64,000 nt of DNA from the NCBI GenBank assembly GCA_034189385.1, contig JAXHVD010000005.1:32001-96000 (forward strand). Direction: 5' to 3'. This document shows, one piece after another, positions 37,254 to 46,896 of the stretch (the stretch's first letter is position 1; every line of letters starts with the position of its first letter). This DNA comes from Thermodesulfobacteriota bacterium. GTDB taxonomy: Bacteria; Desulfobacterota; Desulfobacteria; Desulfobacterales; C00003060. A model generated the notes under the pieces. The model saw only the letters and a list, made by a program, of their open reading frames with translations, did not search any database and had not been told where the DNA came from. A program made the position numbers and the translations under genes.

Positions 37254-38637
37254 GCTCCTTCTTAAGAACCTTCCCCGTCACACTCATGGGTAAGACCTTC
37301 CTAAAACAGATCTCATCGGGCACCTTGAAGCTTGACAGGGCCTCCTTGCAGTGGTCCATGACCTCTTTTGCTGTAAGCTCTCCCTTGGCTGTGACAAAGG
37401 CAACGATTTCCTCACGCTCCCCTTTTTTTCTGCCAATGACGGCGGCCTCCTTTATGGCCGGATGGCTCGACAGGACCTCTTCCACCTCCCTGGGGGAAAT
37501 GTTAAAACCTCCCTTAATGATGATTTCTTTCTTACGATCAGTAACATAGAAGTAGCCATCGTCATCCCGATATCCGATATCGCCGGTGAGAAACCAGCCC
37601 TCCCTAAAGGCCTCTTTCGTATCCTCTGGAAGACGGAAGTAGCCCGGCGTGACGCCATCTCCCCTTACTGCAATCTCTCCCTGCTTCCCCGAGGGAAGTC
37701 CTTTGCCGTCTGGGTCAAGGATATCCATTTCGAATCCGGGAAGGGGGAGGCCAATGGAGCCAGCCTTGCAGATGCCATCTGGAGGATTGGCGCAGCATGC
37801 TGCCACGGTTTCCGTCAAGCCATATCCCTCAAGCAGCTGAGCGCCCGAACAGTCCTCAAAGGTTTGGATCATCTCCTTGGGCAATGGGGCCGCCCCTGAC
37901 ACACAGATTCGGATGCTTCTAGGCAGCTGCACCTTTTTTCGTTCCAGGAGGGTGAGAAGATGGACATACATAGTGGGAATGGCGACCATGAGGGTGGGAT
38001 GATGATCCATAATAGTCTTCAGCAAGTTGGCGGGACTATACTGTGGAACAAGGATCACAGTGCCCCCGTGAATCAGACCCAGATGGAGCACATTTGAAAG
38101 GCCGAAAACATGAAAAAAAGGCAACACGCCGATCACCTTATCCTTGGGCGTGCAATCGAGCACATGTTCCGTAGACTTGCCTTCGGAAACAAAATTCTTG
38201 TGGGTCAACTGCACCCCCTTGGGCCGACCCGTTGTACCGGAAGTGTATAGGATGCAGGCCAGATCTTCCGGCTCAGTGGCAACGGAGACGAATGCGTCGT
38301 CTTCCTGTAACATCATTTCTTCAAAGTTGATGGTTTCTGCCGGCCGCAAGCTGGCTCTGCCAGACCTGGGTTGAAAGGCCACGTCCACGTCGTGCTCTGA
38401 TGCGGCCTGGAAATCCACTGCTACGTCCGCCCCTGCCAATATCCCTTTCTTAGAGAGGCCCTGAATGACAAGGGTGCCCCCTGAAGCCATGGATGAAAGG
38501 AGGTAGCGTCCGGCGATCTGGCCCTCTACAACAGCGCCTGGCAAGGCCATCACATCTGCTATGTCAGCTTGCGGCTTAAAGATAAGGCGCCACTGCTCTT
38601 TACGCTTTTTTCGAGAGAAAATCTTCCACTTCATCAA
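37210..38637 (-). CDS. Hybrid: N-terminal part of a lipoate-ligase fold fused to the catalytic C-terminal two-thirds of an acyl-CoA synthetase
   Basis: WRLI...MAL N-terminus; then LYTSGTTGRPKG, EGYGLTE, TGDIG, DRKKE, KVPD, GKVLK. Confidence 0.8.
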   Translation of the reverse strand: MMKWKIFSRKKRKEQWRLIFKPQADIADVMALPGAVVEGQIAGRYLLSSMASGGTLVIQGLSKKGILAGADVAVDFQAASEHDVDVAFQPRSGRASLRPAETINFEEMMLQEDDAFVSVATEPEDLACILYTSGTTGRPKGVQLTHKNFVSEGKSTEHVLDCTPKDKVIGVLPFFHVFGLSNVLHLGLIHGGTVILVPQYSPANLLKTIMDHHPTLMVAIPTMYVHLLTLLERKKVQLPRSIRICVSGAAPLPKEMIQTFEDCSGAQLLEGYGLTETVAACCANPPDGICKAGSIGLPLPGFEMDILDPDGKGLPSGKQGEIAVRGDGVTPGYFRLPEDTKEAFREGWFLTGDIGYRDDDGYFYVTDRKKEIIIKGGFNISPREVEEVLSSHPAIKEAAVIGRKKGEREEIVAFVTAKGELTAKEVMDHCKEALSSFKVPDEICFRKVLPMSVTGKVLKKELAEDYQDERRIERK

Positions 38638-40102
38638 AAAACACCCGAATCACTTTTTCGCTGGGCCGGCTGGTGAGCAGGCTGATAACCACAAAGAGTA
38701 TGAGATTCACCAAAATGGTCGGAATGGCAGGCGGCAGGCCAAGCAGCAGCGGCTTGTGGATGAACCCTGCGACCAGATAGACAGATCCCGCAACCGTGCC
38801 TGCTAATGCCCCCTTCTTGGTGGCCCTTTTCCAGAGTATCCCCCCGACGAGAGCTGGCCCCCACTGCGCAAAACCAGGTATGGCAAGGTCGAGCAAGTAA
38901 CGGGCCAGTTCAACAGGGTACCAGAAGGCAATGCCCATGCTCATGAGGAGAATGGCAATGACCGACAGCTTCGTCGTTCTTATAAGGAACTGGTCCCTAC
39001 CCCTTGGAACGAAGACACCGTGGATAATGTCCCGGGCCACGATGATGCTGGCCGTCATGAGCTGGACTGCAGCCGTGGATATGGCTGCTGCAATGACTCC
39101 CATAAGCACAAAGGTTGAAAACCAGGGAGGCAGATAAGAGGTGACAATGGTCTGTACGATATTGTCTGCGGCCTTGCCTGACACCGGTGGCACGAGACTG
39201 CCTGGCATATGACTGATGGCTGGGGCTACCACAGCGCCCCAGATAAAAGGGATGGTGTAAAAGAGCATGCCTGCCACAATGAGGGCCAGGGCTGGCATCC
39301 ACTTGAATATGGTTTTGTCCTGGGCCGTCATGGTGCTGACAACGATGTGGGGCCAGGTAAAAGCCAATATTCCAAGCATGAACACAATACAGGTTACGTG
39401 GGGGAGGAATTTTTCCTGGGGGCCTGGTGTGAAGAGAAGGGCAGGTTGTTTTGCCTGAAGAATGGACACGGCTTCTGATAGCCCTCCAGGAAAGACCTTG
39501 ACGACGACAAAGACCAGAGATCCGAGAAAGGCAAGGGTGTAGAGGAGGCCAAGAATCACATTGACCCACGCCGTGATGCGCATGCCGCCCAGCAAAACGA
39601 TGAGAATGAGAAGCAAGGAGATATAGAGAATGCCCACAAAAGGAGGAAAGCCCAGCAGGGCTTTCAGTCCAAGGCCTACGCCCAGAGACTGATCAGCGAT
39701 GTAGGGCACAACAGAACCAAGGAGCACCAGGGATAGAAGAAGTCTTAAGGCAGGAGATTCGTACCTGGCGGAAAGGGCCTCAATGGGGGATAGAAACCGA
39801 TTTAATCGGCAAACGGCCCAAAGGCGCGGGCCGATAAACATGTATAAAACGACGAACCCTGCCACGCAGCCCCATATAAAATAGACGAACCCAGGCCCAT
39901 GGCGATAGAGGATGCTGGGATAGGCATAGAAGGTCCACACACTGGATATGGCAAAGAGGGCAAAGAAGAACATGACTGCAATGCCGATACCCCTGCCCGC
40001 GAGCATGTAGTCTTCTGCGGTCTTGGCCGAGACCTTGTATCCATAAACGGCCAAGAGCAAGACCAGCAATCCAAAGGCAGCCAAAATGAAGACCGTCATC
40101 AT
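38600..40102 (-). CDS. Sodium:solute symporter family protein
   Basis: EDYMLAGRGIG, GGMR, AAAIST, about 13 TM helices. Confidence 0.93.
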   Translation of the reverse strand: MMTVFILAAFGLLVLLLAVYGYKVSAKTAEDYMLAGRGIGIAVMFFFALFAISSVWTFYAYPSILYRHGPGFVYFIWGCVAGFVVLYMFIGPRLWAVCRLNRFLSPIEALSARYESPALRLLLSLVLLGSVVPYIADQSLGVGLGLKALLGFPPFVGILYISLLLILIVLLGGMRITAWVNVILGLLYTLAFLGSLVFVVVKVFPGGLSEAVSILQAKQPALLFTPGPQEKFLPHVTCIVFMLGILAFTWPHIVVSTMTAQDKTIFKWMPALALIVAGMLFYTIPFIWGAVVAPAISHMPGSLVPPVSGKAADNIVQTIVTSYLPPWFSTFVLMGVIAAAISTAAVQLMTASIIVARDIIHGVFVPRGRDQFLIRTTKLSVIAILLMSMGIAFWYPVELARYLLDLAIPGFAQWGPALVGGILWKRATKKGALAGTVAGSVYLVAGFIHKPLLLGLPPAIPTILVNLILFVVISLLTSRPSEKVIRVFFDEVEDFLSKKA

Positions 40103-40141
40103 ACCTCCTCTTTCACCCTGAATCCCTGTCCGTCCTCAGAA

Positions 40142-40354
40142 TCAACGAAAGGGCCAATACTTAAAGAAATAAACCAGATATGCACAAAGCCAAATAAGCA
40201 GGAAAACGATGCCCGCTGCAAATGGCAGGCTAATCCACCCCATGACAATGATTGGTTTGGAGAACAAGGGGGTGACTGCTAAAAGCCCTGCGACATCCAG
40301 GAATAGAACCAGCAGGAAGATCCGACCTGCCCGGTGTGAAAAGGCCTCTCTCAC
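40142..40354 (-). CDS. Small two-helix membrane protein, likely symporter accessory subunit
   Basis: GTG start after GGAGG; two hydrophobic helices; directly upstream of the symporter gene. Confidence 0.7.
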   Translation of the reverse strand: MREAFSHRAGRIFLLVLFLDVAGLLAVTPLFSKPIIVMGWISLPFAAGIVFLLIWLCAYLVYFFKYWPFR

Positions 40355-40642
40355 GTTGCCCTCCTTGACACACGAGATGCATGGGTTAGTTGCCCAAAGG
40401 ACGTTCGATTACATACTCTGGATGGGGGTCACATATCAAGCTAAAACCGTACACCAATGGGGCCGTGACCGAGCCCTTTTTCAGAGCCTTTGTTGGTAAG
40501 GTTTTGGGGCAGATATACTGGCAAAAAACATCTTCATGTCATGCCCCACAAAGAGATTCTTGGTTCGGAAGGTGGGGAAGAAAACAGATACTGACGGGCG
40601 TCGAGGGTGTCGGGCGGCGAGATCGCTTCACAGAAGGGCTTT

Positions 40643-41056
40643 TCAGAAAGCTGTCATTCTTGACGGTTTCTGGATGCCCCCAGCCACGTATGTTTGTACG
40701 ATGTTAAACAGATCCTTGAGATTGAAGGGCTTGGCCAAAAAAGAGTCCGCACCCAACTCCTTGGCGGACTTTTCATTAGAGGGGTCGGCTGACATGATAA
40801 TACATATCTTGCGTGGGTACTTCTTCTTTATTTTGGACAAAAGCTCAAATCCATTCATCTTGGGCATGTCTACGTCAGCTACTACAATGTCCGCCCTACC
40901 GTGACTGGCCAGATAGTTCCATGCTTCCACGCCATTCTCAAAGGACAAGACATTTCTGTTCACGCAATACATGAACACATTGACCACAAGCTCTCTAATG
41001 AGCTTATTGTCCTCAACCACAGCGATGGTGACATTCGGTATGATGGCCCACCTCAC
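40643..41056 (-). CDS. Single-domain response regulator
   Basis: VVED, DVDMPKMNG, IIMSA, FLAKP. Confidence 0.92.
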   Translation of the reverse strand: MRWAIIPNVTIAVVEDNKLIRELVVNVFMYCVNRNVLSFENGVEAWNYLASHGRADIVVADVDMPKMNGFELLSKIKKKYPRKICIIMSADPSNEKSAKELGADSFLAKPFNLKDLFNIVQTYVAGGIQKPSRMTAF

Positions 41057-41451
41057 GCTACTTTCATGAACTTCATATCGTATGCCTGGCTGTCAAACGT
41101 GATGGCTTCACATATATAATTCAGATTATCCTCCAAGGCTTGCCGCCTGAATTCCCCCATGGGGTATCCCTCGGCAAAGGCCTTCGCCATCACGGCAAGT
41201 AGCTCGACTCTCAGGTGAAATACATGATCTTGATCCATCTCCTCCTTTGATTCAAGGCCTGCCATGTGCTCTTTAACATATTTGGCCACATGCTCAGCAT
41301 TTTCAATGACGGCTTCTTTTCTAAACTCGCCAAGAGGGTAGCCTTTCAGGTAACCCTTTGACATGATAATAAGTAGTTGTAATTTTGCCAGGGAAATGTC
41401 CTTTTCAGACATCTCCCCCATTTCTGCCGGACTCGACCCAAATCTCAGCAT
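41053..41451 (-). CDS. Hypothetical protein with an internal duplication
   Basis: Repeats KLQLLIIMSKGYLKGYPLGEFRKEAVIEN and RVELLAVMAKAFAEGYPMGEFRRQALEDN; start uncertain (ORF open to 41550). Confidence 0.75.
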   Translation of the reverse strand: MLRFGSSPAEMGEMSEKDISLAKLQLLIIMSKGYLKGYPLGEFRKEAVIENAEHVAKYVKEHMAGLESKEEMDQDHVFHLRVELLAVMAKAFAEGYPMGEFRRQALEDNLNYICEAITFDSQAYDMKFMKVA

Positions 41452-41797
41452 AATATGCCCCTTTGCTTGGAGGTCCTGAGCAAGACCAGCTACTGAGGCC
41501 CCATCTCTCAACATAATTGCGACACTATTCCTTAACCTATCGCTATTCACATGTCAACAAGCTATTGGCTCGTGCCTCCAAAAAAATGTATTGAGGCGAC
41601 ATAGTTATGCGACTTTTTCGTGAGCCGGACAAGACCTAACATCGCAACCCCTTGTGTGTGCATGTGCCGGAGGGTCTCATATGGGGTGGAAAAAGCCTCT
41701 TGCTTTGCCGAGAGGCATTCTTTGCAGCGGAACGGAGGAGTTCGGTCCAAGGGACCCACTTGAGGGGAAAAAGCCTTCAACGGTTCCATGACGTCCC

Positions 41798-43102
41798 TTA
41801 GGGTCCAAATTTCTCTCTTGGGGGGTTGAAATATCCGAATTTCAGCGTGGGAAAAGCCTTTCGCACCCTTTCCATGACGGTGTGCATCCCCATCAGTTGT
41901 GCTTCGGGGCTACCGTCGCCCATAATTTGCCAGTAGCGCACCGGGTCAAAATTCAGGTTCCGCCATTGGATCATCTGGACGGGATGGTTATCCAGAAAAG
42001 ACAGAAAAGCGGCCATTTCCTCCTTGGAATCGGTGAACCCAGGCAGGTTCAGATAGTTCATGGAAACAAATTTGCCTTTATGTCCGGCCAAATCGATGCT
42101 TGCAACCACATCCTCGAAGCTGTAGCCTTTTGGTCGGAAATAGGCTTCATAGAACCGTTTCCTGACGCTGTTCATGCTTACCCGAATGGCGTCTAGGCCT
42201 GCCTCAAAGAGTCTCTCCAGCACAGACGGAAGGCTGGCATTGGTATTCATATTGATGGTACCCCGTTGAGTGGCCTGTCGAATAAGCCGAATGGCGGGTT
42301 CAATCACCTTTGCGGCCAGTAGAGGCTCCCCCTCACATCCTTGACCGAAACTGACCACAGGTCTTTTGGTATGGCTGATATGATGCATGGCAATCTGTGC
42401 AATCTCGTCCGGCGTAGGAGTGAAATCAATCCGCTTTTGGGTACTTGGAATGTCGCTCTCTCGCTGCAGGGAAAGACACCCGTGACATTTGGCATTGCAT
42501 TTCACCGACGTGGGTAGAGGGCCTTCACAGCGTTCCAGAAAGAAGTTCTTGGCTGCGGGACAGCCGTAAGTGAGGGCGCAGGTCTCAAGATGGGCCCTCA
42601 GTCGATTTGAAGGCATGGTACGACGAAGGGAGGCGATTCCCTCGACGATCTTGTCATGGGGCATAAGCCGCAGGTCCTGGCGTCTTTCCCGGTCCACCCG
42701 AATGGCTGCCACTCGAAATCTTCCCTTAAGCCAGCCAATAGCACCGTAAGAAAAAAGGGGGAGAGGGGCGGGATCGGGCTGCTCTGCATAGGCGCTTACA
42801 AGAGAGATAGTGTAGCCCGGGGCGTTAAAGGCTGCTACGGGATAGACCGGCTCGCCTGGAGCATGGGGATTATCAGTGAGGACTTCGAATGTCTTGGCTG
42901 CCATGTTATAGACAATAGGCCTTCTATCCGGCAGGAACAGGTGTTCGCCTCCAAAGGGCATGTTAATAGTGTCCATCTCCGTAAGGGGAACCAATGTGGA
43001 ACCAGCCATCCCTACGGCAGCGTAGTGATCGAGATCAAAGAATTCTCCTTCCCTGTTTGCTACAAGGGCCTTTATGAACTGTCTCCGTTGTCTAGACATC
43101 AC
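41798..43102 (-). CDS. Radical SAM protein, function unknown
   Basis: CNAKCHGC, SFGQGCEGEPL, NMNTNAS. Confidence 0.9.
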   Translation of the reverse strand: MMSRQRRQFIKALVANREGEFFDLDHYAAVGMAGSTLVPLTEMDTINMPFGGEHLFLPDRRPIVYNMAAKTFEVLTDNPHAPGEPVYPVAAFNAPGYTISLVSAYAEQPDPAPLPLFSYGAIGWLKGRFRVAAIRVDRERRQDLRLMPHDKIVEGIASLRRTMPSNRLRAHLETCALTYGCPAAKNFFLERCEGPLPTSVKCNAKCHGCLSLQRESDIPSTQKRIDFTPTPDEIAQIAMHHISHTKRPVVSFGQGCEGEPLLAAKVIEPAIRLIRQATQRGTINMNTNASLPSVLERLFEAGLDAIRVSMNSVRKRFYEAYFRPKGYSFEDVVASIDLAGHKGKFVSMNYLNLPGFTDSKEEMAAFLSFLDNHPVQMIQWRNLNFDPVRYWQIMGDGSPEAQLMGMHTVMERVRKAFPTLKFGYFNPPREKFGP

Positions 43103-43140
43103 ATTCCTTCAAGCCTTGACCGTGTTTCTCTGAACAACGA

Positions 43141-43327
43141 AAAACCGGGTCCTCGACTCCGTCCTTTTACCGCCTTTTCCCCGATTTCCTGGCCTTGGGC
43201 CTCAATTCAAGAAGCCTATTTTGAACACGGTCCCCTCCATTACGAACCCATCTGCGGCCACAAACATCATGGTCATCTCCGGTGCACCAAGTGTGGCAAA
43301 ACGATAGAACCTCAGGAAGGGCTTTGA
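43141..43327 (+). pseudogene. Frameshifted, truncated Fur/Zur-family regulator relic
   Basis: One frame gives TPSFYRLFPDFLALGL; skipping base 43204 continues as IQEAYFEHGPLHYEPICGHKHHGHLRCTKCGKTIE, matching the Fur helix-wing and HHxHLxCxxC motif. Confidence 0.7.
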
Positions 43328-43344
43328 AGCGGCGGCGGGTGGCC

Positions 43345-44394
43345 CTATCTCAGAATACCTGCAAAACGATCAGCAATTTCCTTCATGTTTTTTAGATAAT
43401 CTCTGGCCAACGGATCAATATGCACCACCTTGCCTCCAATGGCACGGGCCACGGTTTCAGCACTGGTTTTGCTGAACTGCTTCTGCACGAATATGATGCC
43501 GATGCCCTCTTCCTTCGCCTCTTCAATGATACGAATGAGATCTTTGGCCGTTGGCTCCTTGCCTTCGATTTCGATGGGAATTTGCTCCAGCCCGTAGTCA
43601 CGGGCAAAGTACCCCCATGCTGGATGAAAAACCATGAATTTACCGGTCTTTGCCTTTTTCAGGGACTGTGCGATTTTCCTGTCTAGCTCGTCAAGATCGC
43701 GCTCAAGGGCTTTGAGATTCTCCAGGTAATAAGTCCTGTGAGCAGGATCTTCCGCTGCCAGGGCTTCAAAGACGGTCTGGGCCTGTATCTTGACCAGTCT
43801 AAGACTTAACCAGATATGGGGGTCTTTCAGGCCTTCGCCGCGATGACGGTGGGCAGACCCACGTTCTCCATGGCCGTTGTGTCGGTGGTGTTCATCCTGG
43901 TCCTTTTCTTGATGACGACCTTGGAGCCCATGTCTTTCTTCATGATGATGGGCTTTCATGGGCAGAAGCTCGATGCCGTGACGGGTGTCAACAACCTTCA
44001 TGTTCGGGTTGATCTTGCTTATCCGTTCCATCCAGACTTTTTCAAAATCCACGCCAATGCGAAAGTAAAGCTTGGCCTGGCTGAGCTCGTACATCTGTTT
44101 TGGCCCGGGTTCGTACGTGTGAGGGCTGTGACCGGGCCCAACCATGACCGAGACGTCTACAAGGTCTCCGCCCACGCGGTCTAAGAAATAGGCTTGGGGG
44201 AGAATGCTGACGAAAACCTTCATCTCCGGTTCTAGAGGACCCGATATTTCCGCAGACGATTGGGATCCAATTGGAAGGAGCAATCCGGCGAACACCAGGA
44301 TAAGGCCAACGATGCACACAGAATGCCTTCTCCTTGTTTCTCGTTGCCTCCCTGCCAAGGATATCCGTTTCATGTGTGTCACTTGTCTTTGCAT
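43345..44394 (-). CDS. znuA: Zinc/manganese ABC transporter substrate-binding protein
   Basis: SPHTYEP, His-rich loop, DPHIWLS, VFHPAWGYF, EGKEP, IDPL; start uncertain. Confidence 0.9.
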   Translation of the reverse strand: MQRQVTHMKRISLAGRQRETRRRHSVCIVGLILVFAGLLLPIGSQSSAEISGPLEPEMKVFVSILPQAYFLDRVGGDLVDVSVMVGPGHSPHTYEPGPKQMYELSQAKLYFRIGVDFEKVWMERISKINPNMKVVDTRHGIELLPMKAHHHEERHGLQGRHQEKDQDEHHRHNGHGERGSAHRHRGEGLKDPHIWLSLRLVKIQAQTVFEALAAEDPAHRTYYLENLKALERDLDELDRKIAQSLKKAKTGKFMVFHPAWGYFARDYGLEQIPIEIEGKEPTAKDLIRIIEEAKEEGIGIIFVQKQFSKTSAETVARAIGGKVVHIDPLARDYLKNMKEIADRFAGILR

Positions 44395-44463
44395 GGGAAT
44401 AAGGTGTGGAAAGGGGCCATTGGCCCCAGATGGAAGCCCCGTAGTGTTGTCAAAGTGGCTGGT

Positions 44464-46653
44464 TCATGCCAATCCAATGATCTTGCCGCCTTGATAGATC
44501 AAAAAGGCAACGACCCAGGCCAGAACGGTGCTGTAACCGATGCTGAAGAAGGTCCACTTCCAGGAATTCGTTTCCCGTCTGATGACTGCCACAGTGGCGA
44601 GGCAGGGGACATAGATGAGCACAAAGGCCATCATGGCATAGGCGGAAAGGGCCGTCATCCCAGATTTCTTAAGGGCTCCTTTCAAGGCCTCATTTCTCTC
44701 GGTCCCATCAGCCCCGACGGCATAGAGAACGCCCATGGTGCTTACCACAATCTCCTTGGCAACAAAACCGGAGATGACTGCCACACTGCCACGCCAGTCC
44801 ATGCCAATAGGAGCAAAGATCGGGGCCAAGGCTTTTCCTAGATAGCCCATGTAGGATTTTTCCACCTTCTCTCTGGCCTTCTGCGCTTCCACGGCGGAGA
44901 TGGCTTTATCCCGTTGCCGCATGAGTGCTTCACCGCTATTCCCCTGCAATTGGAGGATCTGAGTCTCATACTTGGCATGGACGGTTGCTATCTCCGATTC
45001 GTAGTCCCTTGAGTACTCAATGTCCTGTGGAAAGGCACTCAAGAACCACACAACAACCGACCCGATTAGGATCACGCCTCCCATTTTCTTTAGAAAAATC
45101 TTGCTGCGATCCCACATATGGATAAGCAGTCCTTTAAACATGGGGGCCCGATACGGTGGAAGTTCCATGACAAAGGGAGCCACTTTACCTCTGAGTACGG
45201 TGGATCGAAACAGACGCCCCACAAGAATCGCCAGCACGATGCCCAAGGCGTAGATGGAAAAAATAGCGTTGCCGGCCTTGACTCCAAAAAAAGTACCGGC
45301 CAGAAGGATATACACGGGTAATCTAGCAGAACACGACATCAGGGGATTGATTAGAATCGTCAATATACGATCCTTTTCGCTTTCCAAGGTCCTGGTGGCC
45401 ATGATGGCTGGGGCATTGCAGCCGAAACCCATGAGCAAGGGGATGAAGGACTTGCCATGGAGCCCGATGAGGTGCATGACCTTGTCCATTAAGAAGGCAG
45501 CCCGAGCCATATAGCCGGTATCCTCAAACAGGGCAATGCAGAAGAAAAGGATCAGGATGTTCGGCAAGAATATGATGACACTTCCCACGCCGGCAATGAT
45601 GCCGTCTACGATCAGATCGTGCAGGAGGCCCTGTGGCAGACGCCCTCCGATGGCTCCGCCCAGCCAGCCCACGCCTGAATCTATCCAGCCCATGGGATAG
45701 GTCCCCAGTGAGAAGGTGATCTGGAACATGGCCCAAATGAAGAAGACAAAGATAGGAAGCCCCAGCAGTCGGTTGGTCAAGATCTGGTCTACTTGCCGGG
45801 AAATGTCTATACGTCTTCCCGATACTGTCTTTAAGGCCTCTTTCACAATACCGGCGATAAAACCGTACCGGTGGTCTGTCATGACAATCTCGGGTTCCTC
45901 ATCAAAGAATTGGCGGAGCCTCTCCCGTTTCTGCTCCGCCTCACAGAGGATAGCCTCTCCTTCTGGGCTGGCCGCCTGAAGGGTCCTTTCTTGAACGATC
46001 TTGTCCTTTTCAAGGAGCTTCACGGCAATCCAGCGAACACTGTGAGGAAGCCTTTTACCCATTTTGTCCTTTATGAATGTGGACAATTCCCCAATGGTCT
46101 TTTCAATGTCTTTGCCGTAATAAACACGGCGGGTGCGAGGAAGCTCTATATCCGTTTCTGCCACGGCGATGATGGCCTTGAGGAGTTGATCTGTGCCTTC
46201 GTTCTTGTTGCCGACCGTGAACACCACCGGCACGTCAAGCAGTTCAGACAGCTTCTCGCCGTCGATCTTGATACCGCGCTGGCGGGCCACATCGGCCATG
46301 TTCAGGACATAGATGACCTTCGTGTCAAGTTCCCGAAGCTGTGTGGCCAGGTAGAGATTGCGCTCCAAGTTCGAGGCGTCAATGATATCAACGACTACGT
46401 CAGGTTTTTCATCCAGGATGAAATCGCGAGCCACGATTTCTTCGATAGAATAGGCGGTAAGGCTGTATGTGCCAGGGAGATCGACAATGGTGAGTTCATA
46501 CCCGTTGGTGCTAAGATGGCCTTCTTTTTTTTCTACAGTGACGCCAGGCCAGTTTCCTACCTTCTGGCGGGTACCTGTGAGATTATTAAATATCGTGCTC
46601 TTGCCCGAGTTGGGATTGCCGGCAAGGGCTACTGTAATGGAGTGGGGGGCCAT
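44464..46653 (-). CDS. feoB: Ferrous iron transport protein B
   Basis: GNPNSGKST, VGNWPGVTVE, DLPGTYSL, GFGCNAPA, MSCSARLP, YVPC. Confidence 0.98.
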   Translation of the reverse strand: MAPHSITVALAGNPNSGKSTIFNNLTGTRQKVGNWPGVTVEKKEGHLSTNGYELTIVDLPGTYSLTAYSIEEIVARDFILDEKPDVVVDIIDASNLERNLYLATQLRELDTKVIYVLNMADVARQRGIKIDGEKLSELLDVPVVFTVGNKNEGTDQLLKAIIAVAETDIELPRTRRVYYGKDIEKTIGELSTFIKDKMGKRLPHSVRWIAVKLLEKDKIVQERTLQAASPEGEAILCEAEQKRERLRQFFDEEPEIVMTDHRYGFIAGIVKEALKTVSGRRIDISRQVDQILTNRLLGLPIFVFFIWAMFQITFSLGTYPMGWIDSGVGWLGGAIGGRLPQGLLHDLIVDGIIAGVGSVIIFLPNILILFFCIALFEDTGYMARAAFLMDKVMHLIGLHGKSFIPLLMGFGCNAPAIMATRTLESEKDRILTILINPLMSCSARLPVYILLAGTFFGVKAGNAIFSIYALGIVLAILVGRLFRSTVLRGKVAPFVMELPPYRAPMFKGLLIHMWDRSKIFLKKMGGVILIGSVVVWFLSAFPQDIEYSRDYESEIATVHAKYETQILQLQGNSGEALMRQRDKAISAVEAQKAREKVEKSYMGYLGKALAPIFAPIGMDWRGSVAVISGFVAKEIVVSTMGVLYAVGADGTERNEALKGALKKSGMTALSAYAMMAFVLIYVPCLATVAVIRRETNSWKWTFFSIGYSTVLAWVVAFLIYQGGKIIGLA

Positions 46654-46656
46654 CTG

Positions 46657-46896
46657 TTATGTTGCTCCAAGCCTTACGTTTTCGACTTGAACCCAGGCGG
46701 CTTCATCCACGCGAAGAGACACATGGTAGCCTTTCAGGATGAGTTCAATAGGGTCTTTCAAGGGGGCGTATTTTTCAACATACACCTCTGTGCCGCGCAA
46801 AAACCCCATCTCAAGGAGTCGCCTACGAAAAGAACCTTTACCCGACACCCGAACGACTGTGGCTACCTGACCTTCCTGCAGTTCACTCAGGTTCAC
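46657..46896 (-). CDS. feoA: Ferrous iron transport protein A
   Basis: RRRLLEMGF, APLKDPI, SLRVDEA. Confidence 0.96.
   Translation of the reverse strand: MNLSELQEGQVATVVRVSGKGSFRRRLLEMGFLRGTEVYVEKYAPLKDPIELILKGYHVSLRVDEAAWVQVENVRLGAT

Noticed and set aside
42656..43201. N-terminal part of the 223-aa plus-strand ORF
   Set aside because: Mostly antisense to the radical SAM gene; only the final ~41 codons are meaningful as the Fur relic.
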